A stretch of DNA of 64,000 nucleotides. Source: Thermodesulfobacteriota bacterium. GTDB lineage: Bacteria > Desulfobacterota_D > UBA1144. The first letter of the stretch is position 1, and the number at the start of each line of letters is the position of its first letter. A program made the position numbers and the translations under genes. The notes under the pieces are model-generated. The model saw only the letters and a program-made list of their open reading frames with translations. It was not told the DNA's origin and ran no database searches. Shown one piece after another: positions 31,135 to 40,823 of the stretch. The stretch is taken from assembly GCA_036337225.1 (NCBI GenBank), contig JAYZEP010000006.1, positions 161,802 through 225,801 on the forward strand, written 5' to 3'.

Positions 31135-34089
31135 TTATTCGGGTAGATCAACTGGAACGACTTCGCTTATTCCTTCAAGTTTAGATGTCACACCTATTAA
31201 TTTACTTCCATATCTCATAGTCCCTTTATTGTGAGTAATAATTGCTATTTGAGATTCCTTAGAAATCTCTTCTAGCATCTCTCCAAATTTAGAAATATTT
31301 TTATCATCAAGAGGTGCATCAACTTCATCAAGGAGCAAGAAAGGAGCTGGCTTCACAAAATAAGCAGACAATAATAATGCAATTCCTGCTAGCGCCCTTT
31401 CGCCTCCCGAATATGATTTTAAGGTTCTATACCGTTTTAAACCTATCTTCAGCATTACCTCAACTCCTGAGTCTTTTATCGAATCCGGGTTAGTCAGAAC
31501 CAGTTTCCCCTCACCGCCTCCGAACAGTTTTTTAATGGACTCGTCATATTTATTGCTAATTTTGTTAAATGTTTCCATAAATGCAGTCTCTGATTCTTCA
31601 TCAATTTTTTCTATAGTTTTTTCTAGGTTAGTGAGCGAAGTGTACAAATCATCGACTTGATTATTAACAAAATTGTACCTATCTTCTAATCGACTATATT
31701 CATCGGGTGCTAGCAAGTTAACTGGTCCAAAATCGTCAATTGATTTCTGTAGTTTATAAAATTTTGATTTCGAAAGAGATCCCTCTCTCTGAAATTCCCC
31801 CATCTTCTGTTCTTCTTCGTCAGTTATGGAAGATATATCAAAATCTTCGCTGCTAAGATTCGAATTTTCCAGCAATTGGTCAATCTCTAACTGTATTTTT
31901 TGAATGTTAGAATCAAAGCCCATAGACTCAGCTCTTTTCTGATCAATTATTTCATCTTTCGATAGAACAGTCTCGTATAATCGCTGAATCTCTGATTCGT
32001 TATTACTAATTTCAATCTTTAATTTGCCAATTTTGTCTTTTATTTTATCTTGATTTTCCTTTGATATTGGCAAGTCATTCCCAACTATATTAAGCTTATT
32101 AGTATTAGACTCAATTTTGTCTTCTAGTTCAAGAATCCTTGAGGATGCAACTCGAATCTTTTCTTTTATTTTACCAATTTTATCATTAATCTTCCCAATG
32201 CCAGCAGATTGATATCTTCCTGCAGATTCAAGTTCGCTATCAAAGGAAGTGATTCTATTATTTATATCGAATATTTCTTCCTCAGTTTTTTTGATATCTA
32301 AAGTGATTAAGTCAATTTCTTTTTCATATATACTCTTTTGATTTGACAAACTTCTTATCTCATCTTTAATCTGTAGAATACTATCAGGTGCAGAGCCAAC
32401 TGTTATGGAGCCATTAGAATCAAAGAATTCTCCATCCCTAGTAACAAAATTGCATCCTGGATTATTGCGTCGCTCCATTAAAGCATCGGCAATATTATCT
32501 ACAATATAAGTATCTCCAAATATGGATGCAAGGAATGGTCTGTTTTGCTGATCACAGTCAATGCAATCCATTATTGTTTTACAATTAACATTAGTGCTAG
32601 CACCAGCTACTCTTGTATTTTCCAACGAGATAAAAGTTCCCTTGCCCGTACAATTTTCTTTAAATTCTTTTATAGTTGCAACGGTGTCTCCATCATCACG
32701 AATTAATATCCATTTTAATTTTTCTCCCAGTGCAGATTCAACTGCTTTTTCGTATCCATCTTTAGGTCTTATATAATCTGACAAAATACCGTCAATATCT
32801 TTTCCTTTTAAATTTTGCACAAAGTTTCTTATTCCTTCTGGCAACCAACCATAAGTAGACTCGATGTTTTCTAAAAGCACCATTCTGGATTCGGTGGCTT
32901 TTATTTCAGCATTTAATTCCACATACTTTTTATTTGTATATTGCAAGTCGTCCTTGCTTGCTTTCAATTTATCCGTTTCTTCTTTCTTACTTAATAAGCA
33001 CTTCTTCTTTATTGCTTCCAATTCCAATTGATTTTTGATGCTCATATCCAAATCATCTGAGTCATAGTTCTCTTTTATATCTTTAACTTCAGTCTCCAGA
33101 GAAGACGCCTCCTCTTTTAGTTCATAGCTGTTTGATTTTGATCGCTCAAGTTCCTCAATTAACAAATTTGTTTCTATCTCAAGTGTTTGATTGTTCGATA
33201 TAAGTTTTAGCTCCTCTTGTTTGTTATCAAGAAGATGATTGTTAAGGTTGTCTAAATCCTTTTTTAATTTTACTTGACCGACAGTAATGGTCTCTATAGA
33301 GTTTTTTATTTCCTTTTTTTCTTGCTCAACCTCATTTAATGTCTCCTGAAATAGATTTTTTTCATTTTCAGCCGAAATCAATTTGGAACTTAAGTCTTTA
33401 TAGCGTTTTTTGTAAAAAAGTGCTTCTAGATTCTTAAATTGGTTAACCAAATTCGTATATTCATCAGCTTTCTTCGCTTGTTCTTGCAACAAATCTTTTT
33501 GTTGTTCTACTTCCGATTGAATATATTTCGTTTTTTCAAGATTATCTTTTATTAATAGAATTTTTCTCTCAGTTTCAGCTCGTCGGGTTTTGTATTTAGC
33601 TAAACCTGCTACATCATCAATTAGCTGTTTTTTCTCTTCGGGTCTTGCCGTAATATAAGTCTCAATCTGCCCTTGCGGTATTACCGTAAAACTTCTCGAT
33701 CCTACACCAAGCGACATAATAGTATCTGTTATGTCTTTTAATCTGCACTTTTGATTATTCAAAGAATACTCACTTTCACCGCTCCTATGGAGTCGTCTTT
33801 TAATTTCCATTTCGGCAAAATCTTTATTATGGCTATCTATTAAAAGGGCAACTTCGGCAAAATTATGCTTTGCTAGATTATCATTCCCATCTGATATTAT
33901 TTGCGACATCGAATCGGATCTTAGAATTCTGGGATTTTGCTCTCCTAATACCCAACGTAGAGCATCCAAGATATTCGTTTTACCACAACCATTTGGACCA
34001 ACAATAGCGGAAATCTTGGAATCAAATTCTATGATAGATTTCTCATAGAACGTTTTGAATCCTTTAATGGATAAGGATTTTATTCTCAT
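31135..34089 (-). CDS. smc: chromosome partition protein Smc
   Basis: Start placed at the ATG giving MRIKSLSIKGFKTF (984 aa). Walker A GPNGCGKTN, central hinge, signature SGGERALAGIALL and Walker B LLLDEVDAPLD. Confidence 0.9.
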   Translation of the reverse strand: MRIKSLSIKGFKTFYEKSIIEFDSKISAIVGPNGCGKTNILDALRWVLGEQNPRILRSDSMSQIISDGNDNLAKHNFAEVALLIDSHNKDFAEMEIKRRLHRSGESEYSLNNQKCRLKDITDTIMSLGVGSRSFTVIPQGQIETYITARPEEKKQLIDDVAGLAKYKTRRAETERKILLIKDNLEKTKYIQSEVEQQKDLLQEQAKKADEYTNLVNQFKNLEALFYKKRYKDLSSKLISAENEKNLFQETLNEVEQEKKEIKNSIETITVGQVKLKKDLDNLNNHLLDNKQEELKLISNNQTLEIETNLLIEELERSKSNSYELKEEASSLETEVKDIKENYDSDDLDMSIKNQLELEAIKKKCLLSKKEETDKLKASKDDLQYTNKKYVELNAEIKATESRMVLLENIESTYGWLPEGIRNFVQNLKGKDIDGILSDYIRPKDGYEKAVESALGEKLKWILIRDDGDTVATIKEFKENCTGKGTFISLENTRVAGASTNVNCKTIMDCIDCDQQNRPFLASIFGDTYIVDNIADALMERRNNPGCNFVTRDGEFFDSNGSITVGSAPDSILQIKDEIRSLSNQKSIYEKEIDLITLDIKKTEEEIFDINNRITSFDSELESAGRYQSAGIGKINDKIGKIKEKIRVASSRILELEDKIESNTNKLNIVGNDLPISKENQDKIKDKIGKLKIEISNNESEIQRLYETVLSKDEIIDQKRAESMGFDSNIQKIQLEIDQLLENSNLSSEDFDISSITDEEEQKMGEFQREGSLSKSKFYKLQKSIDDFGPVNLLAPDEYSRLEDRYNFVNNQVDDLYTSLTNLEKTIEKIDEESETAFMETFNKISNKYDESIKKLFGGGEGKLVLTNPDSIKDSGVEVMLKIGLKRYRTLKSYSGGERALAGIALLLSAYFVKPAPFLLLDEVDAPLDDKNISKFGEMLEEISKESQIAIITHNKGTMRYGSKLIGVTSKLEGISEVVPVDLPE

Positions 34090-34173
34090 TTTTAGCAATA
34101 ATAAAACAATATATATACTTTGCAAGTAAAGGTACTAATAATAATAAATTGTGATTCATATTTTTAATGCATT

Positions 34174-35694
34174 TTACTGGTAACCAAAATATTTGTTATT
34201 CAGTTCTATTTTTGACTTCTGCATTATATCATCAGTAAATTGCTTGATAAAATCTTTTTGCTTTTTAAAAACTAGAGAGTTTCTAATTTTAAATTCATCA
34301 AATGATATAAATTCTCTGTTGGCTTTTCGAATTTTTTCTATATATATTATAAATTTTTTCCCTTCCCCAAAAATGTTTGGGACAAAAAATTTCTCGTTAG
34401 TAAAGGTTTCCATATCGATTTTTTTACCTAAAATTCTTTGAAAATCTCTAAGATTTATATCATATTTAAATTCATACGAATAATCATTATCATTTTTTAT
34501 AGCTTCTAATAGCTCTTCAGGGCTCCTTGAGGAATTCTTGAGTATTTTATTGAGAAGCCTTACCTGATTTTTTGTTTCGGCGATTTTAATCATTTTACCC
34601 ATAGCATGCTCTTTGTTGTTTGAATAGGATTCTGGACCAACTAGCCATATCGTCTCATCAAAAAAGTATACATTTGGCTTGCTAATACTAAAATCTGAGT
34701 TTGCGAGCTCATCAATTAAAGGCTTTGGTAATTGTCTTGATGGATTCGTGAGTGTAAGTTTAAAAATTTCATCAGTTTTCTTGTAGTTTGCAGCAAGATT
34801 ATCCAAGGTGCTTGTTTCAATTAGTTCTTTTATTTTTTTTAATTCCGCAATGAATAAATTTTTAGCAACTCGCTTTTTTATTAATTGAATTATCTTTTTT
34901 CTTTCTTCCTGCACATTGTTATTCTTAGCATCAAATTCGTTTGGATAATTTTTAATATAATTGTCAATATCCTCTTGCGATATTGGTATTTGGCTTGTCA
35001 AATCTTCGTAATCAATAGAAAAAACTTTAAATACAGATTGTCTATCATAATCGAGATTACTATCATTTTTAATAAAATTATCTATATCTTGTTCAGAAAA
35101 ATCAGGAAGATCTTCTTTGTTGCTAATTCCACTTATTAAATAGAAGTTTATTTTCGAAAGATTCAGAACAAATTCATTCTCAACTTCTTCTTTTGAAACA
35201 GAAACAAAGGCCAGCAAGAAAGTCTTTAATTTGTCATTTAATATTTCCTCAATCAATATTTCCTCAAATATGTCCTCACTCAGACCAAAAACATTTCTTA
35301 CTTTGGTCTTATAAGATTCGAGCCCTATGAACTTGCCTTTATCCTTAAATAATTCGCTATTCGTAATTTTATTTCTTAGCTCCTTATCCGTTACAACGAA
35401 GCCTAATTCCCTTGCTTTGGATGCCAATGCTTTTCTTGTCGCAATCATATATACAATTTGCTCATTTATAATATTTATGGACTTTTTGTCCTGCAAGATG
35501 TCCTTTGGAAGTTGAGACAATCTAGTATTTCTGAAATATTGAAATTCTTCCTTGGATATTTCGTTATTGTTAATTTCCGCAACAACATTTTCAGACATAC
35601 CAAAATTAACAAAATCGGATCCTACACCTAAGCTTATTACAAGACCTAGGGCCAGAAGTGCGACTATAAATTTCGATATTAGTGAGCTAAGCAT
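34174..35694 (-). CDS. PpiD-like periplasmic chaperone (SurA N-terminal-domain protein)
   Basis: 506 aa. N-terminal TM anchor followed by a ..VVAEINNNEISKEEFQ.. region typical of PpiD/SurA N-domains. I could not recognise a parvulin PPIase motif. Confidence 0.55.
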   Translation of the reverse strand: MLSSLISKFIVALLALGLVISLGVGSDFVNFGMSENVVAEINNNEISKEEFQYFRNTRLSQLPKDILQDKKSINIINEQIVYMIATRKALASKARELGFVVTDKELRNKITNSELFKDKGKFIGLESYKTKVRNVFGLSEDIFEEILIEEILNDKLKTFLLAFVSVSKEEVENEFVLNLSKINFYLISGISNKEDLPDFSEQDIDNFIKNDSNLDYDRQSVFKVFSIDYEDLTSQIPISQEDIDNYIKNYPNEFDAKNNNVQEERKKIIQLIKKRVAKNLFIAELKKIKELIETSTLDNLAANYKKTDEIFKLTLTNPSRQLPKPLIDELANSDFSISKPNVYFFDETIWLVGPESYSNNKEHAMGKMIKIAETKNQVRLLNKILKNSSRSPEELLEAIKNDNDYSYEFKYDINLRDFQRILGKKIDMETFTNEKFFVPNIFGEGKKFIIYIEKIRKANREFISFDEFKIRNSLVFKKQKDFIKQFTDDIMQKSKIELNNKYFGYQ

Positions 35695-35761
35695 GGATAA
35701 AGACCTTAGTAGAATATATCATATAAAAGAAGATAGAATTAAGTTACATTTATAATTGATT

Positions 35762-35965
35762 ATGATTACGATTAGTTTGAATGGGGAAGAGGTTACGTTG
35801 TCTAACGATATAAATCTCTACGATTTCCTAAGAGAAAAGTTTTCCTTCGAAATGAGCTTTGCGGTAGCTTTAAATGGAGAATTTGTGTCAAAATCAAAAT
35901 ATAAACGCATAGGAATTAATCCTGGCGACGAAATTGAAGTAGTCTCCGCACATCCTGGTGGTTAA
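35762..35965 (+). CDS. thiS: sulfur carrier protein ThiS
   Basis: 67 aa from the ATG (69 aa from the track's TTG at 35756). Ubiquitin-like size, C-terminal ..HPGG diglycine, directly upstream of thiG. Confidence 0.85.
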   Translation: MITISLNGEEVTLSNDINLYDFLREKFSFEMSFAVALNGEFVSKSKYKRIGINPGDEIEVVSAHPGG

Positions 35966-35967
35966 GA

Positions 35968-36729
35968 ATGAAACTCTACAATATTAATCTTAAAAGCAAT
36001 ATTATTTTAGGCTCCTCTAGGTACCCTTCCCCGCAAGTATTTCAAAATTGCATAAAAAGAACTGGTACGAAAATGATAACAGTAGCAGTAAGAAGGCTGG
36101 TTCCCGGTAGTGAAGACTTTCTTAAAATAATTAAAAAAACTAAATGTCACATCTTGCCTAATACCGCTGGTTGTTTTTCCGTCAAAGAAGCAGTTGCAAC
36201 TGCGGAGATGGCAAGGGAGCTTTTTAAAACAAACCTAATCAAACTTGAAGTTATTGAAAATAAGAAAACGCTAAAGCCGTCTATGAGAGGAACAATTAAA
36301 GCGACTGAAAGGCTTATAGATAAAGGATTCAAAGTTCTACCTTACATAACAGATAATCTTAATTTTGCTAAAGAAATGGAAAGTCTTGGTTGCGAAGTGA
36401 TAATGCCTTGGGGGTCTCACATAGGATCCGGCAGAGGTCTCGATAATCTATCCAAACTTAAAATAATTAGAGAAGAAATTCCTGATAAGACTCTAATTGT
36501 TGATGCAGGTATAGGGAGAATTTCTCATATATGCCAGGTTATGGAGCTGGGATTTGATGGAGTTTTATTGAATTCCGCAGTAGTAAGTTCTAAGTCTCCT
36601 GAAAAATTTGCTGAGGCACTATCTCTCGGAATGAAAGCTGTTCAAACTTCAATAAAAGCTGGTCCCATGGAGCAACGTGCATTCGCTACAGCTTCCACAA
36701 GCAATAAAGGCAAGCCATTTAGTAAATAA
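35968..36729 (+). CDS. thiG: thiazole synthase
   Basis: 253 aa. ..MITVAVRR.., IKLEVI (Schiff-base Lys region), and DAGIG. Confidence 0.92.
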   Translation: MKLYNINLKSNIILGSSRYPSPQVFQNCIKRTGTKMITVAVRRLVPGSEDFLKIIKKTKCHILPNTAGCFSVKEAVATAEMARELFKTNLIKLEVIENKKTLKPSMRGTIKATERLIDKGFKVLPYITDNLNFAKEMESLGCEVIMPWGSHIGSGRGLDNLSKLKIIREEIPDKTLIVDAGIGRISHICQVMELGFDGVLLNSAVVSSKSPEKFAEALSLGMKAVQTSIKAGPMEQRAFATASTSNKGKPFSK

Positions 36730-37145
36730 TGAGCACACCTTATAAATTCCTAATCTTTGTCTTATTATTTGTCGCTTCAATATCTATAAATCCGATTTAC
36801 GTTCAGGCACATTCAGGTAAAAAAGATAATATTAAAATCGATTATTGTTATGATGGGGATACATGTACTTCAAGCAAGGGAGAAAAAATACGTCTGGCCT
36901 GTATTGATGCCCCAGAGCTAAAAGGGCCAAGGGCCAATCCTAAAAAGGCGAAAGCAGCAAGAGATTATTTAAGCAGACTTATTTCAGATAAGCGGATACG
37001 AATTCATAGAATTACCAAAGATCGGTATGGGAGGACTGTGGGCGAATTATTTGCTGGTGAATTAAATATTCAAGAGCAAATGGTTAGAGATGGGTTTGCG
37101 AAAATATATGAAAAATATGCTTTTCAATGCGGATGGAGCAAGTAA
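36729..37145 (+). CDS. secreted thermonuclease (staphylococcal nuclease, SNase) family protein
   Basis: 138 aa. Signal peptide, then DGDTCT..IRLACIDAPE..KDRYGRTVGELF..MVRDGFA, typical of the SNase fold. The ATG overlaps the thiG stop (TAATG). Confidence 0.85.
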   Translation: MSTPYKFLIFVLLFVASISINPIYVQAHSGKKDNIKIDYCYDGDTCTSSKGEKIRLACIDAPELKGPRANPKKAKAARDYLSRLISDKRIRIHRITKDRYGRTVGELFAGELNIQEQMVRDGFAKIYEKYAFQCGWSK

Positions 37146-37171
37146 TTTATTTCTACATCTCCACAACAAAT

Positions 37172-38545
37172 CTAATTAGTTGATCTAACAGATTTGTATA
37201 ATGTAACAAGATTATTTTGAAATTGTCTTTGTATTACGAATAGACAATTTTGGTTCGGCCTTATGTTGCTTACTATAGAATTAAATTGTTCTATATCCTC
37301 AACTGGTTGACGATTAATCTCTAAAATAATATCTCCCTTCAATAGCGCATTAGGGGGATCCATAGTCTGATAAGTTTTTACAACAACAACTTTCTTATCA
37401 GTAGAATCTGAATCAATGCGAAGTTCTTTTACTTCAAAACCAAATTTTTTTCTAGCAAGACTATCAGATTCTGTACTCTGTTTTTTTGATACCTCAGTAA
37501 TTGGCAATGTTCCGAGTCGTACGCTGATATCTATTGTTTTTCCGTCTCGTAGAACCTCGAGCTTGGCCAACATTTTTGGTTTTAATTTCCCAACATTACG
37601 TGGCAAATCTTCCATTTTTTTAATTTTCATTTTATTTATAGATAAAATTATATCTCCCCTCTTGAGGCCCGCCTTAAATGCAGGACCATCGGCAACAACT
37701 TCGCTCACTAAGGCCCCGTCTGTTGATTTTAATTCTAATAGATCGGCTAATTCATGGCTGATTGGCTGAATAAGAACTCCCAACCAACCTCGTTGAACTT
37801 TTCCGTTTGTTTTTAATTCTTCAATTACACCAATGGCTATATTGATAGGAATCGCAAATCCAATACCTTGTCCTCTAGCAGCTATAGCGGTATTAACTCC
37901 AACTATTTCACCACTTAAATTAAACAAAGGGCCCCCGCTATTTCCCTTATTAAGAGCGGCATCAGTCTGAATAAAATCTACATAACTTCCCAGTTCATCT
38001 ACGTATCGACTTTTAGCGCTAATGATTCCAGTTGTAACTGTAGTACCTAATCCAAGGGGGTTACCAATAGCAATTACCCACTCTCCTATTCTTAGTGAAT
38101 CAGAGTTTCCAATCCGAACTTCATTGATTGAGTCTTGTGTATCAATTTTTAAAAGAGCTAAGTCTGTACGAGCATCGGTTCCAATTATTCTAGCTTCATA
38201 TTTTTTTTCATTATGTAAAACTATTGATATATCATCTGCATTTTTAACAACATGAAAATTTGTAACAATAAAGCCATCTTTGCCATATACAAATCCCGAT
38301 CCTACTCCTGGTCTTAATTTTCTTCCGGATTGGTTACCGAATTGCCTTTTAAAAAACTCATCAAAAAACGGATCCCCTGTTATATTAAGATCTTTTTCTT
38401 TGCTCGCGGTTTCTATTCTTACAACCGACGGGCTTAATTTTTCAACTAGATTGTCCAAATTTTCTAGACTTTCACCATAGGCATCATTCAATAATAGCAA
38501 GCAAAAAAGGAGTATGGCTCGTGACAAAGATTGGATTTTTTTCAT
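37172..38545 (-). CDS. htrA: periplasmic serine endoprotease DegP/HtrA (trypsin domain plus two PDZ domains)
   Basis: Catalytic TNFHVV, D(L)ALLK and GNSGGPLF, with two PDZ-like regions. Start placed at M17 (MKKIQSLSRAILLF.. signal peptide) rather than the track's 38593. Confidence 0.9.
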   Translation of the reverse strand: MKKIQSLSRAILLFCLLLLNDAYGESLENLDNLVEKLSPSVVRIETASKEKDLNITGDPFFDEFFKRQFGNQSGRKLRPGVGSGFVYGKDGFIVTNFHVVKNADDISIVLHNEKKYEARIIGTDARTDLALLKIDTQDSINEVRIGNSDSLRIGEWVIAIGNPLGLGTTVTTGIISAKSRYVDELGSYVDFIQTDAALNKGNSGGPLFNLSGEIVGVNTAIAARGQGIGFAIPINIAIGVIEELKTNGKVQRGWLGVLIQPISHELADLLELKSTDGALVSEVVADGPAFKAGLKRGDIILSINKMKIKKMEDLPRNVGKLKPKMLAKLEVLRDGKTIDISVRLGTLPITEVSKKQSTESDSLARKKFGFEVKELRIDSDSTDKKVVVVKTYQTMDPPNALLKGDIILEINRQPVEDIEQFNSIVSNIRPNQNCLFVIQRQFQNNLVTLYKSVRSTN

Positions 38546-38617
38546 AGAACCTAAATATAAACAATAAAATTCTCTCATTCCAGTAGAGTTCATTAAATAT
38601 GATAAAATAACAAAAAT

Positions 38618-39544
38618 ATGAAGATAGTTTTTATGGGGACCCCTGGTTTTGCTTTAAGAATTTTGGAAGCATTAAATGATCAATACGATGTCGAACTAGT
38701 TGTGACCCAACCAGATAAACCAGTCGGAAGAAAAAAGGAGATTGTCTTTAATCCCGTGAAGAAGTTTGCCCTCGATAAGAATTTGAATTTATTGCAACCC
38801 GACAAATTAAAAGACAATCATCAAGCTGTAGAAACTTTAAAATCTATTAATCCTGATATTGTATGTGTTGCTGCATATGGAAAAATTCTACCAGAAGAAA
38901 TTTTAGATATACCTAAATACGGGTGTATCAATGTGCATGCATCGATTCTTCCAAAATATAGAGGAGCTGCCCCAATAAACTGGTCACTAATAAATGGCGA
39001 GAAAGAAACAGGAATCACGATAATGAAAATGGATTCCGGAATGGATACAGGAAATATAATTTCTAGCCATAAGATTAAAATCAATGATGATGATGATACG
39101 TTAATGTTGACTGAAAAACTTTCCATATTAAGTGCAAAAAAAATAGTAGAGTTTATCAACAATTTGTTATTAAATGGGTCTTATGAGAGTAAATCGCAAA
39201 ATGAGAATGAGGCAACTTTAGCTCCCAAAATCAAGAAAGAAGATGCTTTGATTGATTGGCAAAAAGACGCCGAAGGAATAAGAAATCTAATAAGAGGATG
39301 TAATCCGTGGCCAGTGGCCCATACACATTTTAAAGATCAAATTATAAGAATTTTTAAAGTGAGCCTGGATAATTCTTCTAACATCAATCCTGGTCAAATT
39401 GTAAACAAAGATGGAAGATTAATCGTGGGATGTGGACAAGGAAGTATCGAAATCTTTGAAATTCAAAGAAGTGGTCAAAAGAGATTGTCAGGCAAAGAGT
39501 TCCTAAATGGAATTAGCAATATAGAAACTCCAATTTTTAATTAA
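38618..39544 (+). CDS. fmt: methionyl-tRNA formyltransferase
   Basis: 308 aa. MKIVFMGTPGFA, NVHASILPKYRGAAPI. Confidence 0.95.
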   Translation: MKIVFMGTPGFALRILEALNDQYDVELVVTQPDKPVGRKKEIVFNPVKKFALDKNLNLLQPDKLKDNHQAVETLKSINPDIVCVAAYGKILPEEILDIPKYGCINVHASILPKYRGAAPINWSLINGEKETGITIMKMDSGMDTGNIISSHKIKINDDDDTLMLTEKLSILSAKKIVEFINNLLLNGSYESKSQNENEATLAPKIKKEDALIDWQKDAEGIRNLIRGCNPWPVAHTHFKDQIIRIFKVSLDNSSNINPGQIVNKDGRLIVGCGQGSIEIFEIQRSGQKRLSGKEFLNGISNIETPIFN

Positions 39545-39908
39545 TAGGTATTTCAACTGAGAAAGACGATATTTTAATCTTTTCTATCAATTTATTTTCA
39601 AAACATAGATCTCTGGCAAGTTTTAATTCGGTCTTTGGCACAAAAATAGTGCATGTATAACCAAGAGATTGAAGTGTTTTCCACTTATCGACCGAGCTAG
39701 GATTGATATTGGAAATGGTTTCAACTTCACCAATCATAACAATCTGTCCATAATTACCAAATATAATATCTGGATATTCGTCTTTTAAAGGGTGGTCTTT
39801 TTTATTGGTTGTATTAATTTTTATTTCATTAAATTCTTTTGAATATTTCCTCTGTATTTCCTCAACAACCCAGTCATGCAGAAAAGTTTCTCTATTATTT
39901 TCAGCCAT
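39537..39908 (-). CDS. hypothetical protein, possible PD-(D/E)xK nuclease-like fold
   Basis: 123 aa. Helix with acidic residues (HDWVVEEIQ), then YPDIIF and IVMIGEVET strands. Overlaps the nadK start (8 nt) and the fmt stop (8 nt). No family recognised with certainty. Confidence 0.55.
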   Translation of the reverse strand: MAENNRETFLHDWVVEEIQRKYSKEFNEIKINTTNKKDHPLKDEYPDIIFGNYGQIVMIGEVETISNINPSSVDKWKTLQSLGYTCTIFVPKTELKLARDLCFENKLIEKIKISSFSVEIPIN

Positions 39909-40758
39909 ATTTGTTATTACTCCACATCAGCTTATCTTTTAATACATCAAAGTATTTAGTATGCGGCGACCTAAGAAGCAGTAATTCATGATTAGATTTT
40001 GATACTACAAGTTCAAAACCATGCTCCATTTCTATGCTTTCATTCCCGTCAAATGTAGCAAAAACAGGATAAGTCGATGAATCAATTGTAATTTTTATTT
40101 TTGAGTCATGAGAGACTACCAAAGGACGATTTGATAACGTATGCGGACAAATTGGCGTAATTATCACTAAAGGTAATGTAGGTGATACAATCGGCCCTCC
40201 TGCAGAAAGCGAGTAAGCGGTAGACCCAGTTGGAGAAGATAGTATCAATCCATCCGCTCTAAGATTCGAGACCAACAGATTATCAATAGACAAATCAAGA
40301 TTTATAATTTTTGCCAAGGTTCCTTTGTTGATTACAACATCATTAAGAAAATTAGTTTTTTTAATTATTTTATTGTCTTTAGTGATCTTAGCTTGCAGAA
40401 GGCGTCTACGGTCTGTTACAAGTTGATATTGAAGTAAGTCTTGAAGTAGGTGTTCTAAAGACTTTAGAGGAGCTTCAGTTAAAAAACCTAACCTTCCTAA
40501 ATTGATTCCCAATATAGGCTTTTTGTTTATAGCTGCTTCTTCCGCAACATGCAACAGTGTACCATCTCCTCCAAAAACAATTACGGAACCAGCTACGTTC
40601 ATAATATCTTCTCTCGTTATACCATCGCGACCCTCAACTATAACTGAAGATTTATGATGTGTTAGTGCACATTCCTCAACGGTCTTTACAATTTTATCAA
40701 GTCCCGTCAAATCGGGTTTGGCTACAATTCCTATGATTTGTTTCTTGGTTCTTGCCAT
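39901..40758 (-). CDS. nadK: NAD kinase
   Basis: 285 aa. GGDGTLL motif and the NadK-type C-terminal beta domain (SSPTGSTAYSLSAGGPIV). Confidence 0.92.
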   Translation of the reverse strand: MARTKKQIIGIVAKPDLTGLDKIVKTVEECALTHHKSSVIVEGRDGITREDIMNVAGSVIVFGGDGTLLHVAEEAAINKKPILGINLGRLGFLTEAPLKSLEHLLQDLLQYQLVTDRRRLLQAKITKDNKIIKKTNFLNDVVINKGTLAKIINLDLSIDNLLVSNLRADGLILSSPTGSTAYSLSAGGPIVSPTLPLVIITPICPHTLSNRPLVVSHDSKIKITIDSSTYPVFATFDGNESIEMEHGFELVVSKSNHELLLLRSPHTKYFDVLKDKLMWSNNKYG

Positions 40759-40823
40759 TGGATATATTATAGATGAGTTTCCAAAGTTTGCATGAAACCC
40801 TGCAACCCTATCCTAAAATTAGT

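Noticed and set aside
34090-34173. Track start of smc at TTG 34125 (12 extra residues MQSIYIVLLLLK), and a TTGCAA-16-TATTAT promoter-like match only 8 nt before the ATG at 34089.
   Set aside because: SMC proteins start at M-x-[IL]-K-x-[IL], which matches MRIKSLSIKGF at 34089. The promoter-like hexamers occur in about 70% A+T sequence where such matches arise by chance, so I did not call a promoter or a leaderless mRNA.
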